DNA of 64,000 nt from Squalus acanthias. Lineage: Eukaryota. Position 1 is the stretch's first letter. Every line of letters starts with the position of its first letter. Of the stretch, positions 24,030-37,483 are shown piece after piece. The stretch spans positions 136,216,001 through 136,280,000 of the forward strand of contig CM059432.1 in NCBI GenBank assembly GCA_030390025.1. The letters are read 5' to 3'. The notes beneath the pieces were generated by a model. The model was not told where the DNA came from, searched no databases, and was given only the letters and a program-made list of their open reading frames with translations. A program made the translations under genes and the position numbers.

Positions 24030-24698
24030 GGGCTGGATTTTGATACTGGGGCGGGTTGGGGTCGTGTCATCCACTTTTCGTGTTATCCACCCGACTGCAA
24101 TTGGATGTGGGAGATTGATGCAATTTTCACCTAATTGGGCAATTGAGTTCCAGCATGTGGGAACCCATGACCCAATTAGTGTTTTCAGTCTGAAAGTCGC
24201 CTCTGATGATGTCATCATTGCTGCTGCATTGAAGGTCTTCAGAGACTGCCTGGCCTTTGCTGTGAGAGGACCTGGATGCAAAATGAACAGCAGCCGCCCT
24301 AAGTCTGCTCCCAGATATTTTTACACCACCACTCCCAGATATGTGTCTCCTCCACATAGCTATCCATATATGCAGCCAGCCAGCCAGCGTCAACTATCCA
24401 TATCCAAATGTGCTCCCGCCAGGTTTCACATTCGTGGTTCAGAACAGGTGTGCTTCACGTAGAAAAAGGGTTAAAATCACACAGGCCTTTCAAAATGGCA
24501 TTATAGAGGCAATTTAGTGCTTGTTAAGAGCCTTAACAGCCTATCCCGCCTCTTAGAGGTGGGACGGAGTCGGGACCAGCAGACACGATTTAATGAAAAT
24601 TGCATGGAGGCAGGCTTGTGCCCGCCCGCCAGTTTTCGCAATTTTAACCCCCCACACGCCTCCAAACCCGCCTCCACGGGTCAATGAAAATCCAGCCC
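24030..24698. mobile_element. Harbinger-type MITE (family A)
   Basis: GGGCTGGATTTT TIRs and an imperfect AAA/AAT TSD. Highly similar to 49437, 56235 and 59117 copies. Confidence 0.88.
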
Positions 24699-25125
24699 AA
24701 TATGTCAGTGCTTGACAGCTGCACAGAGCTGTCAAACGATGACAGATGAAATGTCATACGTTGATGTTGTCTGTAACTGGCTTTCCCTTAATTGGCCTGC
24801 TAAGCCCGCTGGGCGGGCTTATCAAGGTCAATCAAGGGAAAATAGCGTGGTTTGGCCAGAAGGAGGCGGGACTAAAACCTGACAAGTGGGAGTCCTGCCT
24901 CCAAAAGCTCCCCATTGGCAAAATCCAGCCCAGATTCAATCATTTTCTCTCTTAGTACAACAACAATGTTGTATTTCTTAAATTAAAAGTTTTTTTTAAT
25001 GTAAGTATTTCTCTGCTGAAGTAGTTTTCTTTTGCCCCGAATATCATTAATTAGACAATAATAAACTGCAGATTCAAATGGTAAAAGGCAGCTAACTTTA
25101 ATAGCCTGGTTTATTAATAAATAGT

Positions 25126-25885
25126 GGCCGAGAAATTGGAGTACGCTGGAAACCTGCCATTAACAGTGCCGGCCAAGGTTAATGGCCGCCCGCCGAGAGA
25201 GCGCAGGCAGCACCAGTATTTTGGTGCTGCCTGCTAATTAACGTCAGCGGTGCGGAGAATTTGTGGTGTAACGCGCTCTTTCCAGCGCTGAGCTCAGCAG
25301 GAGGCCGAAGGTTGCGTCTGTGTCTCGCTTGCAGTTAATGAGAATGGGGAAGCAACGAGCGAACCTGTCGGCCATGTATGGAACAGCTGCCGTATTGGTG
25401 ACAACAACATTACCTGCCACCTGCTTCGCAATCAATGTGGAGCAAACCACCGAAAAAAAAATTAAACTGTACCTACAAATCTCAAGGGTTACCTCTCAAG
25501 ACCTAGGCTTGCGAATAATATAAACACTGCTACGTGGAGAGTCCTGGCTGTCTTACATTTGTCTGTTGAAGCGTCCTCATGTGTTAACACTGCTGAAGCG
25601 CTTTTAGCAGCTGCACGCACGGGCGTGCTTTGGAGAGGGCGGCAAGAGGAGCAGCGATATCAAAAATGGATGAGCGGGAGTCAACTCGGCATTGGACGGC
25701 GACTGACGTCACGCTCCAACTAACTACAATAGTTTTGGCGAGCGCAGGCAGTGGCAGCGCTGCTGACTTGTCGAAGATGGCGGCCACCGCGGGGCCCACC
25801 GGCGACGGGCGGAAGTGCGGCGGCCGCCATTTTTTCCCCGAAACCAGCCTTAATGGCCAGCGGTATGACCTCGAACTTTTAGCCC
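25126..25885. mobile_element. Harbinger-type MITE
   Basis: Ends GGCCGAGAAATT / AACTTTTAGCCC with AGT TSD. CpG-rich body. Confidence 0.72.
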
Positions 25886-26047
25886 AGTGTGTTTTATTCA
25901 CCTTTTGAAATGCTAACTTTATTAACATCTGATGGATAATACATTAGGGTGGATTCAGTTTAATAAACAGTAGGCCCTCCAGCAGGGAATGGCTTACAGT
26001 CTAAATGTGAAATGTATTTAGTAAGAAAATAATGATAGTTGAAGGTC

Positions 26048-26967
26048 AGAAATGGGGATGTTCGCTGATGACTGCACAGTGTTCAGTGTCATTCACAACT
26101 CCTCAGATAATGAAGCAGTCCATGCCCGCATGCAGCAAGACCCGGACGATGTTCAGGCTTGGGCTGATAAGTGGCAGGTAACATTCAAGCCACAGAAGTG
26201 CCAGGCAATGACTATCTCCAACAAGCGAGAGTCTAACCTCCACCCCTTGACATTCAACGGTATTACCATCGTCGAATCCCCCACCATCAACATCCTGGGG
26301 GTCACCATTGACCAGAAACTTAACTGGACCAGCCACATAAATACTGTGGCAACAAGAGCAGGTCAGAGGCTGGGTATTCTGTGGCAAGTGTCTCACCTCC
26401 TGACTCCCCAAAGCCTTTCCACCATCTACAAGGCAAAGTCAGGAGTGTGATGGAATACTCTCCATTTGCCTGGATGAGTGCAGCTCCAACAACACTCAAG
26501 AAGTTCGACACCATCCACAACAAAGCAGTCTGCTTGATTGGCACCCCATCCACCACCTTAAACATTCACTACCTCCACCACCGGCGTACCGTGGCTGCAG
26601 TGTGTACCATCTACACGATGCACTGCAGCAACTCGCCAAGGCTTCTTCAGCAGCACCTCCCAAACCCGCGACGTCTTCCACCTAGAAGGACAAGGGCAGC
26701 AGGCGCATGGGAACACCACCACCTCCAAGTTCCCCTCCAAGTCACACACCATCCTGACTTAGAAGTATATCGCCGATCCTTCATCGTCACTGGTTCAAAA
26801 TCCTGGAACTCCCTCCCTAACAGCACTGTGGGAGTACCTTCACCACACGGGCTGCAGCGGTTCAAGAAGGCAGCTCACCATCACCTTCTCAGGAGCAATT
26901 AGGGATGGGCAATAAATACTGGCCCTGCCAGCGAGGCCCACATCCCATAAACAAATAATAAAAAATA
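26048..26967 (+). mobile_element. CR1-group LINE (second family), 5'-truncated RT C-terminus
   Basis: MFADD..WADKWQVTF..ILGVTIDQKLNW, then a frameshift near 26434 into VRSVMEYS..WNSLP. 3' end CCCACATCCCAT plus A-rich tail. Confidence 0.85.
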
Positions 26968-27318
26968 AGCAGGCTGTCATTACACTCTGTACTGCAACAC
27001 ATGTACACGTTACATGCTAATAGGCTACGAGCCCATATGTCTTACAATGCCTTGCAAAAGTTATCTGCTTTTAATGACTGAATAATGAAGAATGTATGTT
27101 CATTTTGAAAAGATCTGCTGGCTGTTTAACAAGAAGCTTAAGGCATGGTTAACAGGTTTGTGTTGGAGAATCTCATTTTTCTCACATTTGCAGCTCTCGA
27201 TGTTTGCTTAAGCTGTGAAAACGGCACCTCAGACTATGATCTTAACATATAGGTACAAAAACAAAGTCCCTTGAAGCTTGGCACAATTTGGGCCCAGAGA
27301 CACATGCAATGACGCAAT

Positions 27319-28921
27319 GGCCTGGATTTTGCTGTCTACGGCGAAGCAACGGCGCTCACCACTGACCTCGAAGAAAACTGCCCACAAAGATCTAGCGATC
27401 TCTGTGGTGTCGATTTCACCTTTCCCGATGTTAGTTTGATTCTGGCACCAACTCTAGGGGATCTCCAACATGCAGCAACAATGATGTCATCAAGCAGGCT
27501 AAGCAGCCAATCACATTGAAGAATTCTCTCAGACAGCAAACCAGGAAGTAAAATGCACTGATTATCCTTCATTTTTTATAAATTTTACACAGAACAAAAT
27601 AAAGATTGGGACATACACATGGGATTAAGGTAGAAGCTGAAATATCAAAAACAAATATTTTTAAAAAATTATTAGATTAAAAACCTATGGGGCTGGATTT
27701 TCAATGACCCGTGGAGTCGGGTTTGAAGGCGTGTGGGGGGTTAAAGTTGCAGATTCGGGGGTCCTGACCCCATCCCGCCTCCAACCCGCCTCCATGCCAG
27801 TTTCGCTGGCGGCGGGTACCCGACCTGTGCTGAGACCCGACTCCCCAAGGTGGGAAGGGATTAGTGACAATTAACTGCCTGTTAACAGGTAGTTAACAGG
27901 CAGTTTTTTGGATAATCCCTATTTTAAAGGCTGAAATGTGGGCTTCCCGACAGGTGGCAACCACGCCAATTTATCGGGGCAGACCGTGGGTCTGTAGGGG
28001 TTGGAGGGGTCGATATGTCCGGTGGGCAGGTGAGTGATGGGTGCATGTGTGCAGAGGTAAGTGTATAAGGTAAGTGCTAAGTATGGGGAAAAACTTTTAC
28101 TTACCTTAACTTCCTCCTGCAGGTGTCAGCCCTTCAGTTCTCGGGAGTCAGAAATCTCACCGGCACAGAAAGCAGAAAAGCCGTGGTCCTGTCAAAAACT
28201 GCAGCCTTCTGTTTTCTGTGGTGGAATGATTTCTAACTCAGCCTGAGAGGAAGGACTGAAGTTAGAAATCATATTGTCAGTGTTTGACAGCTTCACAGAG
28301 CTGTCAAACGCTGATATTTCATCTGTCAAAAGCTCTTGACAGATGAAATGTCAATCTGTGACGTCACCTGTTGCTGGGTGGCCCTTAATTGGCCTGCTGA
28401 GCCCACTGGGCGGGCTCAACAAGGTCAATCAAGGGAAAATACAGTGGGTTGGCCACATCTCGATGGAGGCGGGTTTACAAGCCAAAATGTGGGATTCACG
28501 ACCCCAACCCGACCCCAGTATCAGAATCCAGCCCATGGAATTTTTATCATCATGGAAAAATTTGACATTCCACAATTAAAAATATAGCTTTTTAGGGACA
28601 GAGAGGTTGTTCAGCAGTAGCTATGACTCAGTACGCTGTTAAAAACCCAGTTACACCTCATTCAAAAGGCCTAACTTTTTGGGGGGTTTTAACAGTGATA
28701 TTACATCATAACAGAAGACGTTCTCGTCAGCTCAGTGATTTGTAAAGATTGCCGTCTGCGGGGATTTCAACAGTGGAGCAGCAGGGAATCACCGACAGCA
28801 ACTTCTGGATTTCCGTGTATAACTGCGCATGTGTGGACGCCAGAAGTTGGTCTCAGTTTCACAGAGTAATGACGGCGAACGCTGACAGTTTCGCCATCAT
28901 TACAACCGCAAAATCCGGGCC
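27319..28921. mobile_element. Harbinger-type non-autonomous element hosting a MITE
   Basis: TIR GGCCTGGATTTTGC / GCAAAATCCGGGCC with AAT/TAT flanks. Confidence 0.72.
27690..28534. mobile_element. Harbinger-type MITE (family A ends, family B interior)
   Basis: GGGCTGGATT TIRs and ATG TSD. Confidence 0.87.
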
Positions 28922-29271
28922 TATACTTTAGTAGGGAGGCGAGCCTTGGTGGATTGCAGTGCAGCAATAACATATCGATGTCAATTGCTTCTTGTAATGC
29001 ACAAAAGTCACTTCAGGGATCGCACAGTTAGGTTTGCAAAACAGGCCAGTTTTGGACTATGCAGTCTTTTTTTTAAGTGGACTATGCAAACATCAAACAC
29101 CAAGGGGGTAGTTTTCATTTGTGCAAGTGGTAAACTGGCGGTTACAGGTCGCCACCCGTTATGCGCCATGCCTGATATTCCTTTCCATTGACCTCAGCCT
29201 CCAAAAATCTGATTTTAAAATCTAAATGTGAAATATATTTAATAAGAAAATAATGATAGGCTGTCATTACA

Positions 29272-29615
29272 AAACAACAACAACTTGAATTTACATAGCG
29301 CCTTAAATGTAGTAAAAACGTTCCAAGGTGCTTCACAGGAGCGATTATCAAACAAAATTTGACACCGAGCCATATAAGGAGATATTAGGACAGATGACCA
29401 AAAGCTTAGTCAAAGAGGTAGGTTTTAAGGAGCGTCTTAAAAGAGGAGAGAGAGGCGGAGAGGTTTAGGCAGAGAATTCCAGAACATCGGGCCTAGGCAG
29501 CTGAAGGCACGGCCACCAATGGTGGAGCGATGAAAATCAGGGATGCTGAAGAGGCCGGAATTAGAGGAGCGCAGAGATCTCGGAGGTTTGTGGGGTTGGA
29601 GGAGATTACAGAGGT
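29272..29615 (-). mobile_element. L2 LINE 3' end
   Basis: Reverse complement of the 13850-14190-type sequence with (CAA)n tail. Confidence 0.8.
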
Positions 29616-31502
29616 CAGCACAAATCTAGGCCGAAATGGACTTGAGCACTTTGTTACTCAGGGTTACTAGATATGGCTCAGGCTGGTACTTTTTAAAATA
29701 ATTTTTATGGCAAAATGGAAAGTGGGCTTTAGTCATCTTTATACTGTACCATTTAAGTAAAGAACTTTCCTGTAAATGATTCCGATTTAGCCTGGATTTG
29801 CCTCCAATTAGGTTGGTTTTGTGTTCCTTTGTCTCTACTAGTAACTTTGATCAAAACTTTTGAGAGGGAAACCCATGTGCAATGCATTATGGATTGTAAT
29901 CGACCGCTGGGGCAGATTCGAAAGGCTCCAATAGGACAATTTATGAAGAAACTTTACTGTCTGATTGGATGATTGGATCTTATGGGAAATCATTTTTTTT
30001 TAAATTAAGCTTTCTGGAGGTTTATGATAAATATAGATGGACTATACAATTTACAATATAGATAGGCTGTACAATTTAATGGAATCTACTCTAGCATCTC
30101 CTTATTGTGCTTTATTATCTGCTGGCAACTAATTTGTCAGATATATCATCATGTACTGCTTTTGTCAAACTAGGAAAATGACTGGGAATAAAAATTCCAT
30201 GTGAAATCACTTAGCATGAAGAGGACTACACTGAAATGTTCTGCTGGTTACATTCCCGGCGTCTGTGTTATTGTTTCTCATCTGTGAAATAAAGTAACAG
30301 GTACTTAACGTACCAAAAACAATTTGTACAGACATTATTTCACCAATTCAAACTGTGCACGCCTCACTGAGGACTCCTTTATCTAACTGTGGCTAATACA
30401 TTCTCATGCTGTGCTCTGATGACTTCATTTTACAGTTGAAAAGATCACCTGCAACACGCAGAGCTGGGAAATGGGACTCTGGTAATTTTGGATCGCAGAA
30501 TGTACTTAGGTGTAATGCAGAAAGAATAATCACGAAGCAATGAGAATTAAACAGCAGTGGTGGTTTAACTTTGTGTGTACACTCTAATAAATATCCATAA
30601 TTATGAATTCAGTTTTAAAGCCATTTAGTCTTTTCAGCTGTGGAGGTCTTTTGTTATTATAATCTTAGGTAAATGATTGCAGACAATTTAGAGTTAGATT
30701 GTGCCACAGATAAATTGAATTGATATGTCTTCTAAGTTTGAGGCACAAATACTTTGCAAATTGAGCTTTCAGTTTGTGATGTATGGCCTCCCCAAATCAA
30801 CCCCTAACTCTACCGCTCTGAAAATGGCACTTCTTTCTCTTGAATGTTCACCTTTTAATGTATATCTTTTGTCTTAAACTTTTGACCCCCCCTTTCAAAA
30901 AAAAAGTTCTGATATTGTAATGTATATCTTCAGTGTATGGTTTAAATCATTATAGCAGTTCCCAACCTAAATTAAGCAGATGGAAAGTCTTTTATGGGCT
31001 ACATTGGAAATAAAATTTATATGAGGGGAATGATGTGATGCATTAATGAAATTAGGTTCAAATTTAGTTCAAGGTAGGTGGGGTGAAAGTTGAGCCTCTT
31101 TGACAAGCCCCTAGCAAAATAACTTGTTAATTCCACAAGTTCACTGAAAGATTCATAAAGGAATGTAGGATATAGAAACATGGGGGGCAGGTTTTCAACT
31201 TCTACAATGGGCAGAAGGTCCTCAATGCCAGTTGAAAATTTACCTCATGCTCTTCTGAGTTGGTGTTTGAGACACGTTGCCAAAGTTCTCCAGTTAATAT
31301 TGATCTAAGCCATACAAGGCCCAGGCTTGATTAATATTGTCACTAGATGCAAAGGTGAGAAATATTCTATGGGGTGCAGGTCTGGGTAACTCTGAAGCAT
31401 TGAGTGAGTTATGTGAAACCATGTCTTAAGTGGTGTACTTTCTGCAATTGGCCAATATCTTGAGCTATATTTATTATATCACAGAAGAAGACTCTTTCTA
31501 TG

Positions 31503-31625
31503 AAGAAAGAACGAAAGAAAGACTTGCATTTATATAGCGCCTTTCACGACCACCGGACGTCACAAAGCGCTTTACAGCCAATGAAATACTTTTTTTTTAG
31601 AAGTGGAGTCACTGTTGTAATGGGT
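31503..31625 (-). mobile_element. DeuSINE tail fragment
   Basis: AAAGAAAGACTTGCATTTATATAGCGCCTTTCACGACC. Confidence 0.75.
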
Positions 31626-32448
31626 AAATGTTAAAGTCACACTGTCTTTTGTGAAAAAGTGTTTGCCAAATTACTTTCATTTGTCTACAAACACACACCA
31701 TAGAATTATAAACATACAGCGCAGAAGGAGGCCATTCAGCCCCTTCATGCCTGTGCCAGCTCTTTGAAAGAGTTAATGATGATGTAAATTCCTTTGAAAT
31801 GCACAATTGCTTCGCTGGTTTGTGTTGCCATCATGGACCTGAAAATGTGTGGTTCTGTGGTCCCAGCGCACGTGTCGGGATGGAGCTTCTGCCACTAACC
31901 TTGCCACCAGAATTTCCAGGGTTAGAAGGAGGTTGCCTTGTTTCCATATGAATGGCAGGTGCCATAACCAGTATGGCACATCTCAGGCGCCGGTCAAAAC
32001 AGGGGAAGGAGGGGCGGAAATTGTGGCCAAGGCAAGCCACCAATGTCACCAGCCCATAACTTTAGAATTTGTTCTCCCATTGGCATTTATACAAAGGGGC
32101 CAATTAAACCTCCAAGCTGGCTGAATCTTTTGGTGTTCCAGGCCAGGATCCAGGCCTATACTTCCAGGTGGCTCCACTTCCACCAGTTGGGAGGCTGGTA
32201 CCCCTTCTTGCACCCAGCCTACCATTTAACCGGTGAATTCTAGGCCATGGCTAAGGAAACTCTGAGCATGGAAGTCCCTTTCCCTCAGCGCAACCCTTTT
32301 GACTTGGTGGCCTTGTTTGGGGTAGATGGAGGTTCTACCTCAAACAAGACCCAGTGGACACTGGCATCAGAGGCCATGACACAGATAAACTGGGTCCCAG
32401 CCTAGATTATGTGCGTTTCACTACACTCCCACTCGACTCATGGTGGAC

Positions 32449-32665
32449 TTTCCCGGTCTGGCAACGCCTCGATTTCAAAATTCTCATCCTTGGTTTCAAA
32501 TCCCTCCATGGCCTCTCCCCTCCCTATCTCTGTAATCTCCTTCAGCCCCACAACCCCCGAGATACCTGCACTCCTCTAATTCTGGCCTCTTGAGTATCCC
32601 TGATTATAGAGACATTTAAAATCCTGACTGGTTTAGACAAATTAGATGCGGGCAGAACATTTCCT
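32449..32665 (+). mobile_element. Fused L2 (32449-32608) and CR1 (32606-32665) fragments next to the duplication breakpoint
   Basis: QRLDFKILIL matches 18018-18165, and IETFKILTGLDKLDAGRTFP matches the CR1 ORF2 C-terminus. Confidence 0.75.
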
Positions 32666-32672
32666 AAATATT

Positions 32673-33100
32673 GTTTAGGCACTTTACAGCCTTCCGGACT
32701 CAATATCGAGTTCAACAATTTCAGATCATAACCCCGGCCCCTACCACATATATATACATTTTATCCACCCTTTTGGTCCGTGCCTTTTTCCTTTTTTTTC
32801 TCTCTCTCCCCCTACGGCAGCTGTCTCTCATTCTGCCAGCATTTCACACTTCACCTTTTGTTTCTTAACCTGTCCCATTACCATCTCGTCTTGCCTTGAG
32901 CATCTCTTAATGTCTCTACTTACCATACCATTTGTTCTTTTATTCCTCCCCCCAGCCTCCCCCTTGCATTTTTATCTGTTTAATTTCCTGCTCTTCTCTC
33001 AGTTCCGACGAAGGGTTTCGACCTGAAACGTTAACTCTGTTTCTCTCTCCACGGATGTTGCCTGGCCTGCTGAGTTTTTCCAGCGTTTTCTGTTGTTATA
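32673..33100 (+). mobile_element. Penelope-like 3' fragment, truncated by the duplication boundary
   Basis: LGTLQPSGLNIEFNNFRS* followed by 3' region with a hammerhead-like motif at 33001-33036. Confidence 0.8.
33001..33036 (+). ncRNA. Minimal hammerhead ribozyme motif with core substitution (CCGACGA); mirror copy at 53193-53228 (-)
   Basis: AGTT-CCGACGA-AGG-gtttcga-CCT-GAAA-CG-TT-AACT. Confidence 0.6.
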
Positions 33101-33424
33101 TCAATTTGCATGTCCAGTTGTGTCCAGTTGCCTTGTGTACTGCCGTGTAATGTCATGTTACAGCTGGCCGAAGCCATAGTGTCCTCAGGATGTGGCTCAA
33201 ATTCTAGACATCACCCTGCTTTCTAATCTATGAAGGTGTCTTGTGCTAGGGTAGAGTGGGCAACTGCTGACCACGGTGGCTGATGTTTTCCTCTCTGTGT
33301 TGTAGGTGAAGGGCAAAGTGACCTCATCCCCTAAATTTCTCCCTTTCCTTTCATTCGAGGGGTACCGACCTTGGTGCCTGAATTCCCGCTCCCACCATGG
33401 TTTGTAAATCCAACTGTATTAGTG

Positions 33425-33763
33425 AAAGAAAAGAAAGACTTGCATTTATGAAGCATCTTTCACGACCTCAGGACTCCCCAAAGTGCTTTAAAGCCAATGA
33501 AGTACCTTTTGAAGTGTAGTCACTGTTATAATGTAGGAAACGTGGCAGCCAAATTGCTCACAGCAAGCTCCCACAAACAGCAATGAGATAATGACCAGAC
33601 AAATATCTTTTAGTGATGTTGGTTGAGGGATAAATATTGGCCAGGACACCAAGGAGAACTCCCCTACTATTCTTCAAAATAGTGCCGTGGCATCTTTTAT
33701 GTCCACTTGAGAGAGCAGACAAGGCTTTGGTTTAGCGCCTCATCCGAAAGATGTCACCTCTGA
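33425..33763 (-). mobile_element. DeuSINE (SacSINE1-like), 5'-truncated; mirror ~52466-52806
   Basis: Same body and tail as the other copies. Confidence 0.8.
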
Positions 33764-34389
33764 CAAGTCCTTGCATACTTTATCACAAAAGCATATATTA
33801 AATGTCTCATCTTAATATCAGACAGTGATTCATTTAGAATACAGGTGATAAGATAATTTAAGAACATAAGATATAGGAGCAGGAGTAGACCATACGGCCC
33901 CTCGAGCCTGCTCCGCCATTCAATAATATCATGGCTGATCATCGACCTCAACTCCACTTTCCCGCCCGATCCCCATATCCCTTGATTCAATATATTATAT
34001 GTGCTGTTCAACAGACTCCAAGAAGCTCAATATTTATTTCCCAATTTTTTGTAAAAAAAATGTTGAGATACTTTTCTGACTCGGGGCCGGTGGTGGGAAA
34101 TCTTGCTTACCACCAACACATACTTGCAAAATTACCCGTAAAATTCTTTAGAATGTGGATGTACTTTACACAAATGGGTAATCTGAGGTCAGCGTGTATG
34201 ACAATCTGGCTAAAACTGACACAGACAACTTCGAAAAGAAGATGATCACTTAAAAACAGCCCTAAACACAGACACACGGAAACAACGAATTAGAATGAAA
34301 GTGCTGAGGACACAAATTTGTCATCACTTAAGCTGTAGGTGTATTCAACATTCAAACGCTTTTATTACAGGAGAAAAAAAACCTAAGAA

Positions 34390-35538
34390 AACAAAGAAAG
34401 ACTCGCGTTAACATATCGGCCCAAAAATTCGGCCGTTCTCGGGTGAGTACTCAATGCGTACTCACCCGTATTCGTTCCCGAAGTGCCAGTTTCCTGCATG
34501 CACTGCGCATGCGCGGGAAACCGGCACTTCCGGTATGGCGAAGGGGGCGATTCCTAGGTGAACCGCGTGCGCACTAGAGGCTGCGCGCACGCAGCACACT
34601 TAGGTTTTTTTTCAGGTTTCAACGCGAGGGTAAGTATGGAAGATTCCACACAAGTAAAAAGGAGGCGTAAGACCCCTTTTGAACAAGGTAAGTAGTTAAT
34701 TAAGTATAATTTTAAATTTTTTTCAACAGGTTTATCTTTTTTAGAGACTTTAAAGAAAGGTAAGTTTATTTTTATAACTTTTTAAAAAATTTAAATTTTT
34801 GTTTAAAGTGGTTAATTTATTTAACTATAGTTATTTTATTAATGTGATGGGTTTTAAAAAAAATATTTGAGGTTTAGCTGTTCTTTTGGGGCCGATTTCA
34901 ATTCACAGATTTGACTGGTCTGCTGCCATTGGCTCTCCATGGCCCACGTGATCCCAGGGGTCGCATCGCACTAACTGCGCCCCTGGGACACGCAAGCACT
35001 GCGCGCCGGACTAGGGAGAGGCCCAGGACCCGAAGTTCCTGCGGGGGCAAACAAGAACGGCAGGCGCGGTAGGTGATATCGCGCGCGATCCTTACCCCCG
35101 CCAAGTCAAATTTCTGGGCCATCTCATCTTTGACAACATCAGGACATCCCAAAGCGCTTTACAGCCAATAAAGTAATTTTGAAGTGCGGTCACCGTTGTA
35201 ATGTACAAAATACAGCAGCCAATTTGCGCACAGCAAGCTCCCACAAACAACAATGTGATAATGACTGGATAATATGCTTTAGTGAAGTTGGTTGAGGGAT
35301 AAATATTGACCAGGACACTGGGCACAACTCCCCTGTTCAACTTTGAGATAGGGCCATAGGATCTTTTACATTCACCTGAAAAGGCAGTCGGGGCCTCAGT
35401 TTAACATCTCATCCAGAAAGACGGCACCTCCGACAGTACTGCGCTAGATTTTGTGCTCAAGTCTCTGGAGTGGGACTTGAACCCACGACCTATGTGACTC
35501 AGAGGTGAGAGTGCTGCCAACTGAGCCACAGGTGACAC
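34390..35538 (-). mobile_element. Near full-length DeuSINE split by a MITE; mirror ~50685-51850
   Basis: tRNA-like head (mirror reads GTGGCTCAGTTGG..GGGTTCAAGTCCC at 50695-50752), Deu-type body and tail. Confidence 0.8.
34418..35120. mobile_element. Harbinger-type MITE; mirror 51104-51817
   Basis: TIR GGCCCAAAAATT / AATTTCTGGGCC with ATC TSD. Several internal hairpins. Confidence 0.85.
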
Positions 35539-36108
35539 TGCATATTTTTCAGCAATGGTGGATTTAGAAATGATATGAATAGTGAGGTTGCAGGTTTTAT
35601 TTTTGGTGGAAAGCAGTTTCCCCTCCTCCCTGCCAACAATTTTTGGTTTTTGACATTTTAATGGTGCATTTTCCATTCTTTTGAAGCCTATTGTAATTCT
35701 ATTCTTCAAGCTAAAAAAAAAACTGATCATGGAAGAGTTACAGGTATTTCACATGTCAAAATAAAACTAGTTTTGGGGATTGCAAGACAATGGTTACAGG
35801 GCCCAGTACCTTTCAATGATAAGCTAGCCCCAGATACACCCCATTAATGTGTAAATTGAAACCTTTTACAGCGTACACCTATAATAATCCCAAATGGCAG
35901 TGCGTTCACGTTCACAACACCAAACTGGCTCAGGATCACATGTGTCCCCATCCTGGACCTCATGGAAGCCCGAGAGCAGTTGCAAAATTACTTAGGTTGA
36001 GGATATTTTAAGCCTGTAATGCTCTTTTGACCTCATTAAGAAATTATTTTTATGCTAAAAAATAACATTTTCTACACTTTGGAGTCATTTAAACAAAACA
36101 GAAACATA

Positions 36109-36722
36109 GGGCTGGATTTTGATACTGGGGCGGGTTGGGGTCGTGTCATCCGCATTTCGTGTTATCCCCCCGACTGCAATTGGATGTGGGAGATTGATGC
36201 AATTTTCACTTAATTGGGCAATTGAGTTCTAGCATGTGGGAACCCATGAACAAATTAGTGGTTTCAGTCTGAAAGTCGCCTCTGATGATGTCATCATTGC
36301 AGGTCAGAGACTGCCTGGTCTCAGAGATTGCCTGGCCTTTGCTGTGAGAGGACCTGGATGCAAAATGAGCAGCATCTCAGAGAGAGAGAGAGAGAGAGAA
36401 TTTTCAGACCTAATACTACTACTACCTTCATCACAATACTACTACTACCTTCATCACATCTCCGTTGAAATAGTGGACCTGCAGCTGATAGTCAGCTATC
36501 CACTTGTGCTCCCGCCAGGTTTCACTGGCGTGTTTCACATCAGGCGTACTTCACATCGGAAAAGGGTTAAACTAGCTAAAATGTTTCAAAATAGCATTAC
36601 TGAGCCAATTTAGAGCTTGTTAAGGGCTTTAATGGCCTCTCCCGCCTCTTGGAGGCGGGACGGAGTCGGGAACCCCGCGACCGATTTTGTCAAAATTGCG
36701 TGGAGGCGGAATGGAATCGGGA
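36109..36722. mobile_element. Family A MITE lacking its second TIR
   Basis: Mirror of 49437-50124, but one end is missing. Confidence 0.85.
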
Positions 36723-37483
36723 TCGGGTCGCCTGACTGGATTTTCCGGTTTCCGACCCCCCCGGGGGGGCACTGGTAGACCATGGGAAACCCGGAAGTCT
36801 GGGTTTCCCGGCGCGCTGTGGAGCTTTAACTCCACAGTGTGTGTATGATGTCATGGGCAGGTTTCCCACCCGGAAGTCAGCCTGATTGACAGGCTGACTT
36901 CCAGTCGGTCAGGGAACGCTGGCTGGACAGGACGCCGCAGCAACACGGGGTCCAAGTGAGGGGGTGGGGGGTGGTCTGATCCCCGGGGGAGGGGGTGTCC
37001 GATCCCCAACCCTAGGGGTGAGTTCAAACCCCGGGGGCTGGGGGGAGTGGGGTGGGGGTCTGATCCCCGACCCCAGGGGTGAGTTCAATCCCTGGGGGCT
37101 CCGATCCCCAACCCTGAGGGGGTCCAATATCAGACCCCGGGGAGGGGTGGGCTTAGGGGGCCAGGAGGAAGCACTCCTGCTCCTCCTGGCCCACAAGGAT
37201 TGCTCCCTGAGGCTGTGCTCGCCTTGCTGCAGCTACCGGGAATCCGGGATTCCTGGTCAGCCGCAGTAAAACCTGCACAGCAGGTTAAAGCAGAGGCCTC
37301 AGGCCTCATAATCAGATTTAAAATGCCAACCCACCTCCTGGCAGCGGGTTGGCTGCCCTCCCCCCCCCATCCCGCCTGAGTAAAAGTTGAAACTGGGCCG
37401 GTTGCGGTTGGAATTTAGATTTTTAAAACTTTAACCACCCCCAGGCTCTGAACCCACTGTTTTTTCATGTTAAAACTCTCCCC
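36723..37483. mobile_element. GC-rich non-autonomous DNA transposon fragment; mirror ~48663-49405
   Basis: Terminus GTTAAAACTCTCCCC and internal CCGATCCCC/GGGG repeats. Confidence 0.6.

Larger units (their letters stand above)
20686..24931. mobile_element. Harbinger-type MITE (family B) hosting a CR1 and a second MITE
   Basis: 20686-21052 + 23939-24029 + 24699-24931 is colinear with the uninterrupted copy at 61596-62423. Confidence 0.8.

Noticed and set aside
30436..30481. Possible micro-exon (TTTTACAG..CTG|GTAATT)
   Set aside because: Weak donor, no recognisable peptide and no partner exons found.
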